A stretch of DNA of 64,000 bases, taken from contig JAQFVV010000001.1 of the NCBI GenBank assembly GCA_028023455.1, positions 5,704,001 through 5,768,000 on the forward strand. Direction: 5' to 3'. This DNA is from Epiperipatus broadwayi (Eukaryota > Animalia > Onychophora). This document shows positions 41,359 to 55,247 of this stretch, piece after piece. A program made the translations under genes and the position numbers. The notes beneath the pieces are model-generated. The model did not search any database and had not been told where the DNA came from. It saw only the letters and a program-made list of their open reading frames with translations. Positions within the stretch are counted from its first letter, which is position 1. Every line of letters starts with the position of its first letter.

Positions 41359-41907
41359 AATTACTAACCTGTATTGTCTATTTGTGTGTTATTACTAACA
41401 AGTTGTTTGTATTTGAAAAGTTTAAATAAAGTTTAAAATTTTCTATACAGTCAACATTCACTCATAAATGGAAATAGTCCAACATATCACATCTTATAAT
41501 ATACCATCATTACAAACCTTCAGACAAATATTAAGGAAAAGAATGTACAGAGTTTGAAAATAATTAATTTAGCCAAAAAATACAAAGTTTAATAGATAAC
41601 TTTTAATTAATATACTTACTATTCAGTTTATGATTGCAATGCTAATAAAAGTTAAACATTCAAAATATTATACATTTGTACTTTTAAAGGATATTTATGA
41701 AATTCCAAAAAGCATTTACTATATGGCAATCATGGACTTAGAAAATTACTCATTTAACAAAAAAATACAAGCATTTTGTAGATATTATTTAAAATGTTTA
41801 CTTTTATAAACATATATAATAAACTGTATAGTAAATATACAATTGTAAATATTTAATGTGTAAAGTTATTCATTTATAATTGTTTAATTAGCAAGTACTT
41901 AATTTAG

Positions 41908-42056
41908 AACAGTAGTTAATGAAAACCAACTGCTCCAGGCCATGTTTTAAATTAAAACTGATTCCATTCAAAAGAACTTCATTTGAATGCAATCAAGCCT
42001 GTCAGTTTTACTTTAAAACTTGGCCTGAAGCAGTTGATTTTCATTAACTACTATTT
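41908..42056. mobile_element. MITE-like fold-back, ~54 bp arms
   Basis: AACAGTAGTTAATGAAAACCAACTGCTCCAGGCCATGTTTTAAATTAAAACTGA matches the reverse complement of 42002-42056 with a few mismatches. Confidence 0.7.
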
Positions 42057-42205
42057 TAAGTTCCAATTAAACAATTATAAATGGATAATTCCACCCATTA
42101 AATATTTCAATGTAAAACATCTATTAAAAATATATTAAATATATCATTATTTATAGAACTTTGTAATTTTTTGCTAAACATTATTTTCAAAGCCCATAAA
42201 TTTTA

Positions 42206-42748
42206 AAACAGGCAAAACTCTCCTTACAATGCAAGCCCGAGTAATCAGTGGATGCCAGAAGGCTTGTGCATAAAATCCCTATCTAGTGCCTACTAATCCA
42301 ATATCCCAGACTAGTTTCTGGCTTATGGCCTTTGTCAGTGAGGAACCTTGGACTTGTGCATTGCACCTAGATCTTAGGATCTAATGCAACCTTCCAGCAA
42401 ACACCTTTTATCTCAACTACAAAACTATGAGAATAAAATTGAAAACACAATATTTTCAATCTAAGCTCATTAGCCTATAGAGTCATATAGGTCTGAATTC
42501 AGTTCAGTACCCATACATTTTGGTGTCTTTGGTTCTTTAATAACCATAGCCACCACTATCCTATTAGGTAGGATTGGTGTTAAACCACTAAACATCACAT
42601 GATCACCATTTCTTATGTTTGCTCATAACTGTTATTAAAACAGGCAAAACTCTCCATGCAGTAGTGCCACTCAGTGCAATCCAGAGTAATCAATGGAAGT
42701 TAAGAGCAAGCATAAGAAATGGTGATCATGTGATGTTTAGTGGCTTAA
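42206..42748. mobile_element. Hammerhead retrozyme family 1, locus D
   Basis: Minus arm 42206-42697 (slightly more than one unit), plus arm 42698-42748; exact TSD CCCATAAATTTTA at 42193-42205 and 42749-42761; hammerhead 42296-42352 with core CUGACAA (G8A). Confidence 0.9.
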
Positions 42749-44699
42749 CCCATAAATTTTATTTTATATTGATAGTTTTTTTCTTTTCCTGTTATATATG
42801 TGGCTTCAATTGATAAGTAGAACATATGCTAAAGCAATACTAATACATTTCTAGATAAAAAAAGTTGAGTAAGGTGTTCATTTTTTAGAGTATGAAGAAC
42901 TACTAAAGCAAATAGTAGAGATCAGCAATAGAGAGGCAATGCAAAACAAATTAAACATAAATAAAATATGAAATAATATTCAACTGAAATGATAATAAAT
43001 GAAGCCTTAAACTGAATCCTAAGAAATTATGAACAGAAAAAGCCACACAAATGGTGAATTTTGCTCAAATGATGTGGAGGAAGGAAACTATTGATAGAAA
43101 AAAAATTAAAATCATATCATAGTTGAAAATATGATAAATATATGGCAATTAAAAATTTATTTTCATTCAATAAAAGAACTTTAATTCTAACAATCAGAAT
43201 GATAATCAAATCAGATTTAAATGAAGTAACTTTGAGGAGTTAAATATATGAACAATAAGTACAAGACTTAGATAAGTCCATATCATGTAAAAAACTTACG
43301 AACTTCTCTATGCAATTTGTGAATATGTTATATTCTTCTTTCATATTTATTGTTTTTTTTGGTTTTGTTAATTTCTTTGAAAATGACTAACGAAAAATGT
43401 TCATCTCATTTTTATTATTATTACGCGCATATTAATCAAGTTGGATATCTTTCAATTTAAATACTGTAACATTTACATGAATTAAGTTACTTCCTGTGCT
43501 GCCACATAAAATAATAATGAAGTTCTATTCAAAAATTTACTATTAATTTATAATATATATATTTTTAAAAATAATAACTTTTAAAATTGTAGAAGTTTAA
43601 TTAACCATGAAATGAAGAAAATGAAAAAGGAAAGATTAATTTCAGTCATAAGCAGAACTTTTACTTAATAATTATTAATCTCAAGGGATTTGACTATTTT
43701 TATCATTTAAAACCTAGTAATATATATATATACAAATTTATTGTTCTGAAACTCATAAAAAGTTTGAGTGCTCATGAAACTCAAAACAGTAATGTATTAA
43801 ATAAAAGCAAGAACTAATCCAGGGCAAAGGTTGAGTTAAATAAAGGCTGTTTATAGTATTTTTTATTAATATAATAATAATAAATTGCTGAGAAAATATA
43901 TTAATTAAAAAATTATCTATAAAACTTTGTATTTTTGGTGTTAACTATTTTCAAAATCTATAGTTATTGCAAAATAATTGCTTTTTGGAAATTCATGATC
44001 ATGAATACAATTACAAATTTATATCATTTAAAATTCTTACTTTTATTAACATAATAATAAATTATATAGTAAATATGTTAATTAAAAAATTATCTGATAA
44101 AAATTTATATTTTTTGCAAAATAAATTACTTTCAAAGTCTGTATATTTTATTTCTCAATATTTTCAAAATCTACTCATTTAATTTTTTATTGATTAGTTT
44201 TTTTTGGTCAGTATTATGTAGTATATAATTTCATCTGATGATAGATTTTATTGTGTAAAGTTAATGTGAAAGTGTGTGTACATATTTTTAGAAACTACAA
44301 GTAATGCTCTTACAATTCAAGGTTGTAGACACTGAAGAAAAGATGCTGAAGGCTTCTAATGTGCATTACATAAGTCTACAATAAAATATACATTATACAA
44401 TTTACCTTACACTTTCTAATTTTAGCAAATATTTATTTACAATAAGCATGGAATAAAAATAAATAAATACTTGATGGGCAAGTAATATTACACTTCAGTA
44501 TCAAAAGTGACAGTTCGACTTTTGAGCTGGGAATCATTATTCTCAAGTCTGTTACTTCACTCTTTACTAGAAATAAATGCCTAATAAAAAAAATAAATAT
44601 ATATTTCTTTTAATGTCTTTCACATCACACTCCAAATCAAACTCACCACGATACCATAAATTTTCAGGTCTATCTTCATTTCTATTCTGAAACTATCAC

Positions 44700-45240
44700 T
44701 TATATAAATATGAAGTTTCTTGAAAAATGAACATGACAATATTTAAAAGACTTTACCACTATTGGATTTAAATATAGCCATCTCACTTGAAGGGTAAAAC
44801 AATTTTACCATAAATTAAATACTAATCCACCCAAAGATGCAGACCCTGGCTCCTCTTCCCACACATTTCTTCACCAACTAAATTTTTTATATAATTATAT
44901 CATTTTGGATAAGCTTTTGTACCCCCCCTTTAACCAATAGATCAATCAACAACACCAAAGATAGGGTAGATATGGATCAGACTTCTCACACAGTATATAA
45001 AATCCAATACTCTCAAACTGGTTGCTGAGCCTTATACTATAGAAAATCCTAGGCATCCCTCTCCACACATATCTCTCACATTGTTATTTATACAGAAAAG
45101 CTCTATAAATCTGAACATAGTTTCATCTTTCTAGAGCACACCAGAATACAACTGGCCATGTGCCTGAACTTTCCTCTGCTTCTACTACATGTATATGATG
45201 ACATATGTAAAATGTAAGATCAAGGAAGCATGTCATATAG
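44700..45240 (-). mobile_element. Probable decayed RTE LINE 3' region
   Basis: GEEMCGKRSQGLHLWVD resembles the RTE C-terminal GKRxRGRxxxRWxD motif; heavily decayed. Confidence 0.35.
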
Positions 45241-46163
45241 CAATCAACATCCACACTATAAACCGAAAGAAATCATGCTTTCCCCTCTCCAAAAAATGGA
45301 TTTTGTAACGCAATTTGCATATACTTAAATGTCTGTCACCTATATATTTTATTTTCTTCCAGATAACGTTTGGCCATGATTATTTGGTGAACGTTTGGTG
45401 ATAAAAATTCCTCGAAAGTACTAAGCCATATTAATATTATAATGTACTGTAACTGCTTTTCAGTGCATATATTCATATTTTAAATATATATCTGTAGGAA
45501 ATTTATATAAAATATAATGAATTCTGAAAAAAGTAGTTTTGATTGGGTATTACAAACTATAAATAATACAAATGCATTTCCTTAATTATGGATTAAATAG
45601 AATAAAAGAGAATGGTAAGAAAACTAAGTTATATTAATTAAGGCAGATCAAAGTTTAGTGATATGATTATGTTTAACTAATTTGAGCATATAAAAGGAAT
45701 AGTAATATTTGTAAAAGATAGTCGAATATAGATATGTAACTATATAAAATAGTAGTCTGCAAAAGTAGAAAAATTTGGCATTTAATTAATGAAGATGAAA
45801 AATGTACAATAGTTTATAAAAACTGAACTAACTGGGATTTTTTTCATCACTAAACAATGATGATGCACCTAAATATGAATGGTATTATTAATTATGCTGG
45901 AATAATGTTTTTGACAATGTGGATAAAATAATAATGAGATATAATGGCAGGTAAGGTAAATAATACTTAGCATCTATTAATGTGGGTCATTTAAAATTAA
46001 ATTGGCAGCCTTTCTAGATATTGATATGTTTAATATGGATATGTTTTTTAACTATAAATACAATTTGGTGAATTACTAAAATTTGATTTCATTCGATTCT
46101 CTAATGGCAAGATGTTTTGTACAAAAATTGCCTTTATTTTCTATAATTACTGATAATTATTTG

Positions 46164-46286
46164 CACAGAGGCACAACTCTCCATACAGTAGTGCCATTCA
46201 GTGCAAGCCAGAGTTTGTATGGAGAGTTTTGCCTCCGTGAAAAATGTTTGTGTAAGCATAAAGAATGGTGATCATGTGATGTTTGA
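46164..46286. mobile_element. Hammerhead retrozyme family 1, locus E (short, no ribozyme core)
   Basis: Minus arm 46164-46213, plus arm 46215-46286; exact TSD TGATAATTATTTG at 46151-46163 and 46287-46299. Confidence 0.88.
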
Positions 46287-47469
46287 TGATAATTATTTGT
46301 TTATAATACTCCCTATTATTTAGTTAGCCCAAACTGCATCAGTCAGATAGCTTAACATATGGACATTCATATATAATCAATTGGTTTTTTAAGATTGCAG
46401 ATATCATTTGAATTTAAATTTGGTTGCATGTTATATAGTAAGGATTATTATTTAAAAACAAAAATAACTAAATTAGTTAGAACCATTTAAACTCATATAT
46501 ATATATTACACAATGCTTTGTAATTTAACAATATAAAGAAAAAAGGAATTTAGTAGAGTGCAATTAAATTTCTATAAAAAAATAATATGCAAGTATATAC
46601 AAATTTAGACTTTATAAAAATGTTCTCTCCCAGAAGGCAAAAACTAGATAAAATCAAGTGATAACATTTAATTATCGATAGTAGATTGACATTGTTTGCT
46701 ATTCTCTTATTTCATTTTGTTGTAGCATCTCAGTTTTAGATCAATAATTTTAAGGACCCGTATATCATTAAAATGGAAATGTATTTTTATTATTAATGAG
46801 CCATTAATAAAATCTATGCAGTACAACAAGGCCAATCTGTATGCTTACAGCAACTAAATTTGGAAAAGTAATTAAATTAATTTTTCCAAGATTTGAACAA
46901 AAGTTTTAAATATTTCTAGTAATAGGATAGCAAATTTAATACCTCTTTGACTTTAAGTTTATATAGATAGAAGTGAATGTAGTGATAAATAGTTATTAAA
47001 TTTGTTAACATTATCTGTCAAGTTGGTGCCAATACTGGTGATAGAAAAAAGCAGTTTGACATTAACACTATCATTTTTTGGAATGAATTTTTTAAATTTT
47101 AAAATTCTTCTTTTCTTCTACAATAGTAAATTACTACATTTACTAGATAAGTTCTCTTCTTAAACCTATTTTTAACTGAATTTCTTGCTAATGATTCATT
47201 TTCAAGTATAGTAGTAAAATAATCCAATGCTTTTTAAGCTGCTTTTTTTTTACTGTTTTGCATAGTTTCAAAATGTCTTGTTTTTTTTGATAATAGCACT
47301 TTTTTTTGTGGGTCTTCTTGTTCTTATTTTTCAAGTGAATATTATTAAGTATAGAATTATATACCTGGCATTTAAATATAAAATAAATAAAAATTGAAGT
47401 TTAGTGTGATTTTGGAGCTCTTTCATAAATGCTAAATTCATATTTGTCTTTCAGTTATTAAAAAGACAT

Positions 47470-48300
47470 GGATGTATCAATTATTTTACTGAACATTTTA
47501 AAGAAAAAAATATATAAACAGGGAAAATAACTGTATATGAATCTTCTTTTAAATGAAATATACATACTATATACAAAAAGAGATAAGGGAGGGATGTTGT
47601 CTTTATCCTGTTTTAATATTTATTTAGATAAAATGATAAATGAGAATTATTTTGATAAGAATGAGATTAACATTGGGAGAAATAATTATATCAGATTTGT
47701 TGATGATATAGCAGTATTTGTGGATAGTAAAAATGATCATAATAGAATGTTAAGGAAAATTAATAGAATTTGTAGAAAGTTGGAAAAGGTATAAATGTGA
47801 CTACAATTGAAATAATAATCATAGAAACCAATGTTTAAAAGAGGTAAATAGATAGAAAGTTAGTGCAAATTATTGTTAAATCTTTAGAAACTTTATTGAC
47901 TGATAATGATAGTAATGATAAAAAAGATTAATGAATTACTTCAATAATTAAAATAATATGCTCATAATAAGAATTATAAGTTATTCTGCAAACCTTTAAA
48001 GTTAGATCTAAAAGGCTTTTAGTGTTTTGTTTACAATGTTATATTATATGAACCAAAAGCTTGGGCAATTAAAAAATATATATATATTTAAATGTGAGAT
48101 ACTAAACATGTGAATTAGGAGAATACAAAAGATAAATTGAAAGAATAGGATTATAAACATGGAAATGTTAAAAAAAAGCAAATGACAAAAATATTTATTA
48201 AATTAAGAAAAAAAATTGAGTACAGATTGTAGAATTGAAGAAATTCTGAAAGATATAGTGGACAATACTATGAGAAATTTATATGGAAGCATTTGATTGA
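47470..48300 (+). mobile_element. Decayed LINE reverse transcriptase fragment
   Basis: LSLSCFNIYLDKMI...IRFVDDIAVF matches the RT LSPxLFNxY and FADD motifs. Confidence 0.7.
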
Positions 48301-48486
48301 TATGCAAAGTTTATATTTTAATAAAAAACTGATGATATATAATAGTGCTAGTTTACATATGTTAATTTATTTAGTAGCTATTTGTTTATTTTATATAATT
48401 TTGCCTTTTATTTTCAAATTATAATTCTCTGAATTATAGATTTTATCTCTAAAATTATTATTATGATTTATAATAAGCTTAAAAGG

Positions 48487-48823
48487 ATCACATGATCACC
48501 ATTTCCTATACTTACACAGCTTGTTTAAGCATGATGGTGACTATGGTTATTTAAAAAACCAAAGATACCAAAATTTATAGATATTGAACTGGGTTCAGAT
48601 CTGTATGACTATGCAAGGGAATTAGCTTGGATTGAAAACATTATTGTACTTTCATTTTCAGCTCATAGCTTTATAGTTAACTAAAGCATTGCATTAGATC
48701 TAAAGATCTGATTCAGTCCTGTCAAATCTAAGAATCTTCACTGATAAAAGCCATAAGCTAGAAATAGGAATTTCATGCATAAACCTTCTAATATTCATTG
48801 ATTACTATGGCTTGCACTGGGTG
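48487..48823. mobile_element. Hammerhead retrozyme family 1, locus F (diverged)
   Basis: Minus arm about 48487-48524, plus arm about 48531-48823; core CUGAUAA-A-AGC cauaa GCU-A-GAAA at 48741, with stem III and the 3' strand of stem I deleted. Confidence 0.8.
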
Positions 48824-49619
48824 ACTGGTTATTTCTTAAGTACATTAGTCAATTATTTTAATTAAAATACTCATTAACCAATTTGTTTATTAGATTTTGC
48901 ATTTAGAAGTTTGATATTTATTTTTGATTACTGTTACATTATTGCTTATAATGCAGATATGTTTTTTATCTTCATAACTTACATGGAAAAAAAATTCAAA
49001 TAGATAAAAACAATATATTACCAATAAATACTCTAAATAATTTATTAACAAAAATATAGGAAATTTGAATTTAAAAAAATTGTTACTGAGAATAACAATA
49101 TATATAAAGAAAGACTATTATAATAAATATATAAAAAATGAATTGAATGGTTTATTTTTAATGTGCTAACCATTACTGAATAATAATGACTGATAAATAA
49201 TCACCTCAAAAAATTTAAAATAAACATTTTTTTCAGAAAATCAACAAATTGATTTCTACTTTAAATCCTTTTTTAAAATAATAAGGGCAATTACATTAAA
49301 AACATTGGCTGCAAAAAGATCCTTTAAGTACTTCTTTGAGACTTTAAAGAAACCAAGCAGGGCAAATTCCTAATGTCCACTCCATACATTCTTGTTGTTG
49401 TCATTATTACTACTATGTGATTATTTATTTAGTAAACATGGATTATTTAACAAGCATCAATTAGCATGATGAAATTATTGCGTTTATCTTCTGTTGTCTT
49501 TGAAATATCAGGCAAATTCTCTTGAAGACAGAATAAATGTGAAAAAAAAAAAGAATTTATATATACAAATATTTACAATCATGATAGACAAACTAAATTA
49601 TAGTTCTCATTCTCAATGT

Positions 49620-50340
49620 TTGGCAGCTGAAGACCTAAGGTGTTAAAGATCTCCTGAGAATCCAGGATGCTATTTGATAATGATCTTTTATTTAGGCACT
49701 CATATCAGTAGATGACTACATGAATTGCAAGAACTGTCTAATATTAAATGCGATATTGTTTGTGAAATTAGAAAAAAAGATGAAGAGACAATTGATTTAA
49801 AAAGTGAACATGTACTTTATTACAAAAGCATAATTATTGGAAACACAAGTGAGTGGGAGTCATTATAAACAAAAAGTTAAAGAATAACATTGTGGAGGTT
49901 GATGGTCTATTAAATAGATTGGCAATATTAGTGATTAAAATTAATGGAAGATATCAAATGCAGATTGTGATGAAGAAGTAGAGAATTTTTATATGAATGT
50001 ATATAATAATTTTTTCATTAGATAAAACATTTTAAAATTGTTATGGAAGAGTTTAATACTAGAATTAGTAAATGATTGAAAAATGAAAGTTCTGTGTGTA
50101 AACTTGGTTATGGGTGATAAAAATAAGAGACAAAATAGACTTTTGGAGTTCAGGAAGAAATGAAGTCTTTCTTTACACAAAAAAAATGCTAAACAAAAAT
50201 AGACATGGAAGCAACTAAAGGTACAACAGAATTGGATTATATTTTGACTAGCAAAAAATATGTATTTCAAGATTTTAATATTGTTAATAGATTCAATACA
50301 GGGAATGATAATTGATTAATGAGATATAAGATAGGTGTTA
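49620..50340 (+). mobile_element. Decayed RTE apurinic endonuclease region
   Basis: ELSNIKCDIV.CEIRKKDEETIDLKSEHVLYYK resembles the RTE APE N-terminus. Confidence 0.55.
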
Positions 50341-50849
50341 ATGCAAAACTAGAGAAATGAAAAATATTAAGAAAAACAATATTAATAGTAGATATTCCTA
50401 ATCCAGCATTTATTCTCAAATTTTAATTATGCAAAACAAAACACATGAAAATAGTAAAATAAACCAATGTGTGTAGCAAATTTATGTTCTTGATTTTGAT
50501 GTTTTTGGGTCTTTGAATTACAAATTCTTTTGATATCAAGCACAATATTAGAAAGCTAAATTTTCATATCCAGTATAGTGTTGATTTGGTTACAGCACAA
50601 TAAGAAAATTCTGCCTTGCATAAATATGTTGTTGTAAAAGGAAACAAAATGAGAATATCTAATTTTGACATATTAGGGTACTCTTGTGCTAAATTTATTT
50701 AAAAAATCATTAAAAGACAGTTCCTTGCATCTTTGTTTTGAATCAGAGTCATTAATAAAATCAATTAGATTTTCATAATTCTTGGACTAAAGTCTATTGG
50801 TTTAGTTATCACTATAAATAAATTCCAAATCCAGAAAATGTCCTCATCA

Positions 50850-52160
50850 GACTTTGGAAAATATTGCAAAAAAATTGCTTTAAGTCATGCAAGTATTCTA
50901 AAATTATATTAAAAACTTCATTGTCTACTTTAGAATTTATTTCAGTTAAGAATTCATGCAAGGTGGAAAAACAATTAAAATTAATGTGTTCAATTGTAGA
51001 AATACAAAATTATAATTTCCTATTAAAAGATGCCATTTTATCTTTTGCATTAAAAATTATAATATTCTTTTCTTATAATGATAAATTAATTTCATTGCAC
51101 TTAATAAAAATGTGCTCATCATCAATGAAAAATTTGTTTAAAATTCAATGAAATTCTGTCCTAAATTATTTGACATTAAAAAAAAAAATCAATAACTCAC
51201 TATTAAGTTCAAAAAGTCTCAATAGTGTTTTCCTCTGCATAACTATTCAGTGTGTAATAAAATGCAGTATGTTTACTATCCATTTCATTGCAGAAAACTT
51301 TAAATAATCTGGATTGAAATAGTTCAGCCATAGTTAATATTTTTTTATGCTTCATCCAAAGTCATTTTTGTTACTAGTGCTTGCCTAAGAAAAACTCAGT
51401 GAGTTTTGTGGATTTTGTAATTACTCGCAAAATACATATTACAGTTTCATCTTTCCTATCATTGCTTGAGGACTATCAGTATACTCTTTTCCCAATCGAT
51501 TTCTGTTTTATAATGTAAGTACTAATACAGTTGAATATATATTTTCTAGTACTTATTTCTTATGGATATTTGTACATACTTCTTCAATATTATTATCATA
51601 TACACAATGAAAAAATACCAGAAATATAGCAAACCCTGTGATATCTGCTAGCTCATCCATGTGCAATCCATATTTACTACAAAGTCTAAGTTCATGAATT
51701 AGCTCCTTCCCTAAATTAACAGAAAGATCTTTCATGTGGCATAAAATAGTATTATTTGATAAATGTAAAGTATTTATTTTCAGTAAACTCTTAGCTTGAC
51801 ATGTCTTTTACACAAGGCTTAATGAATATCTTTCCAATTTCATGAGTTTCATCATTAAGTGTAATAGGATAAATCACATAAAAAGATGCTTAAATTGCAT
51901 TTTTAGCAATTTTAATCATTTGAAATTTAGATTTTTCTAATGTATCATGTCATCTCTTAAAAAAATGTATATCACTTTTTTTTGTAATCAGTGTTTCATT
52001 TCTAAGTGTCTACAAAGTTTAGTTGGAGCCACTAAATATAAAACACACACTGCGTCAGGAGCATTGTATTACCAATACATATAAATGTCCAATTTAAATA
52101 ATTTCATCATATTTCCTTTTTGATATACTTTTAGATGACACTTGTGCTTTTAAAATTAAA
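50850..52160 (-). mobile_element. Decayed hAT (Charlie/Buster, ZBED5-like) transposase
   Basis: YGLHMDELADITGFAIFLVFFHCVYDNNIEE corresponds to FALQLDESTDI..AQLLVFVRY; a BED-finger-like start lies near 52100. Confidence 0.7.
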
Positions 52161-53049
52161 TTTTGAAAAAAAAAAAACATTTTTTTCACCAATCACAGAT
52201 GCATCAAAAGAAGTATTTGCCCCTTCTTGTTTAAAATTCCTGCTTTTAATTAAAAATCCAAGAATAATTTTTGAAGAATACTTAAATCCTAATATTAATT
52301 AGAACTATAATAGAGGCAAACATTTTGTATTATAAAAAAAGACTGCAACACACAAAAATAAATGTGAAAAAAAAAAAAAAGTTTCAATAATGTAAAAGCA
52401 ATTGTAATAAAAATGATTTGATAAAACGTTTAGCACAAAAATTAAAGATTGTGAAATACATACTAAATGCAATTATAATAATAAAAAATATTCTGTCATA
52501 AAATTTCTTATAATAATAAACTTATATATTTAAGGAAAATTAATGCATTGATGTATTTAATAAACAGGTTTTGCCATGAATAATATTTGTTCAGTTGGTA
52601 AAGCTGATGCCTGTTTAATATGACAACCATGCTAACAACTACTGATGTCACAATCAGTATTGGACATGCTCACATCATTTTGCCTGTATGTTTCTACTTG
52701 GCCCAGAATTTAAAATCATATGAGGCTTATATTAATATTCATAATTTTTCATGGTCTGTGGAACATAGTTTGTGAAAGGATATTTTAACTTTCATAATCA
52801 TTCCAATAAATTTAAATTAGACATTACAAATCATTTTAAAATATTAAGAGATTGTAAAGATTGTTCAGATTTGAATGAAATCAATAAATAGATAAAATAT
52901 ACATTACTACAAACTTCAACAAAGATAAGTGTTATAAAAAAGTAGCAATTGACCAGTAAGTATACTACTGTGACAAAACAATTTATGGAAAAAAGAAATA
53001 TGAAAATATATAAAAATGATTCATTAAGAAGAATTGAATGAAATAATAT

Positions 53050-54650
53050 GAAAAAGAATTAATATGATATAAGGAAATATAATTGTGAATTAGTAAGAAA
53101 AGCTATAGAAAAGAATGTCTCAAAAGTGTAAAACAACATTTTGATATTGGAGGGAGATTTATTTCTGCAATAAAAAAAAGAGGAAATAGAAAGATAACAT
53201 TATGGAATGTATGAAAAGTTCTATCAATTATATAATAATAAAGAACAAGAAAACAAGGCACTCCAACAGTTATTACATCTTCCGAATTTCTCAGTAATTT
53301 AAATGAAGAAGTGATACATGCAATGAAATTCATAAAGAAGATAAAAGCTCCAGGAAATGATGGTATTATTATTGCCAACTTAAAAGAAACAGATGAAGAA
53401 ATTCAAAAATTGTTGGCAAAATTATACAGCAAATATACAAATGATAAAGATACATCAAAAGATTGGAAGAATATAGAAGAAATATCAATATTTAAAGAAA
53501 GATGCTAAAAAAGGATATTAGAAATTACAGTCCTATCAGTTTTCTATCAATTCCATATGAAATCTTTATCACGATAATTACAACTCGTTAATAGTAATCT
53601 TTGGATTTTAAACTTCAAAAAAAAAAAAGCCTGATTTAAAAATGGTTTTAGCACAATGGATCACATTCAAGTTTTAAAAAAAAAAATTATAGAAAGACCC
53701 AAAGATTATAAGTTGACATTATGCTTTGAATTTGTAGATTATGAAAAGGCATATGATTCTATAAGCATTTCTATGGTAACTAAAGCATTGGATCATCAAA
53801 TATAGCTCAAAAGTACTGCCATATTTTGAAAAAATATTTATCACAATGCAATATAAATAATTAATTACATGAAGATACTAAGAAGATTAACATTGAGAAT
53901 GGTGTATATCCAAAACTTTTTACAGCAGTTTTACAAGAACTATTTTGTGGATTAAAATGGAAATCTAAGGAAGTAAAAGTAAATGGAAATTATTTAAGCT
54001 ATCAAGATTTTGAAAATGCTGTGGTTGTTTTGGCAAATAATGATTCACAGCTTCAGAAAACTTTGCAAGAGTTTTCAGATGAAAGTGAAAAAAAAAAGTA
54101 GGATTAAAGATAAATGCTAAAGTCTAAAGTAATGTTCAAGGGATTTTCTCAGAAAAAAAACCTGATAATTGTGGACTAGAAAACATATATTTTGGTCAGA
54201 TTATTAATACCGACAAAATCGTAATGGATAAAATTAATCATAGAATTAAAGTTGGATGGAATGCTTTTGGGAAAAATAATTTAATATTAAAAAGAAATAT
54301 ACCTATGTTTTCAAAAAGGAAAATTTTTAATAGATGTGCTTTATCAGTTCTTATTTATGGGTATAAGATTTAGATATTTAATAGAAGCGCAATATAGACT
54401 TCAGATCACTTAACAAATATGGAGAAAATGTATGTTAGAAGTAATAAAAAGAGAACAAAAATGAAATATATAGGTGGGAAAAGAAATAGATGTCAGTGAA
54501 AGCATTAAAACAATTAAAAGACCACAATGAAGCTGAATTGGACATATTACTAAAAGAAATAATGAGAGATAATTGAAATTTTAAAATGAATCCACGTGAG
54601 ATGAATTAATGAAATAAGAAAGTTTGCCTGTTATGTTGTAAAGAACAGAG
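53050..54650 (+). mobile_element. Decayed RTE LINE reverse transcriptase
   Basis: EVIHAMKFIKKIKAPGNDGI, DWK, RNYSPISFLS, FVDYEKAYDSI, YFGQII, RIKVGWNAFGK in broken frames. Confidence 0.85.
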
Positions 54651-55022
54651 TTTAGGCAACATAGAAACTGGATTAAACTTAGATCGATTTTCATCCTGTG
54701 GTGGATTAATAATGGAGATTATTAATGCAGCCTCTCATCAAAATAAAACTATGAGGGAGTTCTTTAAATTTTCATGAGTATCAAATATTATTAACTTTTA
54801 AAAAAAATTTAAATATTGCTAAGTCAGCAATAATAAAAAAATAAACACAATACAATAAATAAGTTAATAAACATCACATGACCACCTCCTCTTATGCTTG
54901 TGTATAACTGTTGTTAAAACAGGCAAAACTCACTATATATTTTTTTTTTTGCCACACACAGCAAGCTAGAGTAATCAATGGATGCCAGAAGGCTTGTGCA
55001 TAAAATTCCCATCTAGTGCCTA

Positions 55023-55090
55023 CTCATCCAATATCCCCCAGACTAGTTTGTGGCTTATGGTCTTCGTCAGTGAGGAGCCTTGGATCTGAG
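55023..55090 (-). ncRNA. Type I hammerhead, G12C, probably inactive
   Basis: CUGACGA-A-GAC cauaa GCC-A-CAAA-CUAGUC. Confidence 0.7.
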
Positions 55091-55247
55091 AGCACTGCAT
55101 CTACATCTTAGGATCTATTGCAACCCTCCAACAACCACCTTTTATATCCATTTAACTACTAAACTACGAGTCTTAAACTGAAAACACCTTAATGTTTTCA
55201 ATCCAAGCCCATTAGCCTATATAGTCATATGGACTAGATGCATTGCT

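Larger units (their letters stand above)
41096..41492. mobile_element. Palindromic Penelope-type pLTR remnant (hammerhead family 2)
   Basis: Arms 41096-41265 and 41315-41492 are near-perfect inverted repeats around a 49 nt spacer; each arm carries a minimal hammerhead. Confidence 0.85.

Noticed and set aside
26725-46271. ORF-track peptides at 26725, 42619 and 46083 as protein genes
   Set aside because: They are chance frames across retrozyme arms and junctions, and the frames are not conserved between copies.
49330-49700. HDV-like ribozyme at the RTE 5' end, or RTE as the retrozyme partner
   Set aside because: I could not build the nested double pseudoknot by eye, and I saw no shared 3' sequence between RTE remnants and the retrozyme.
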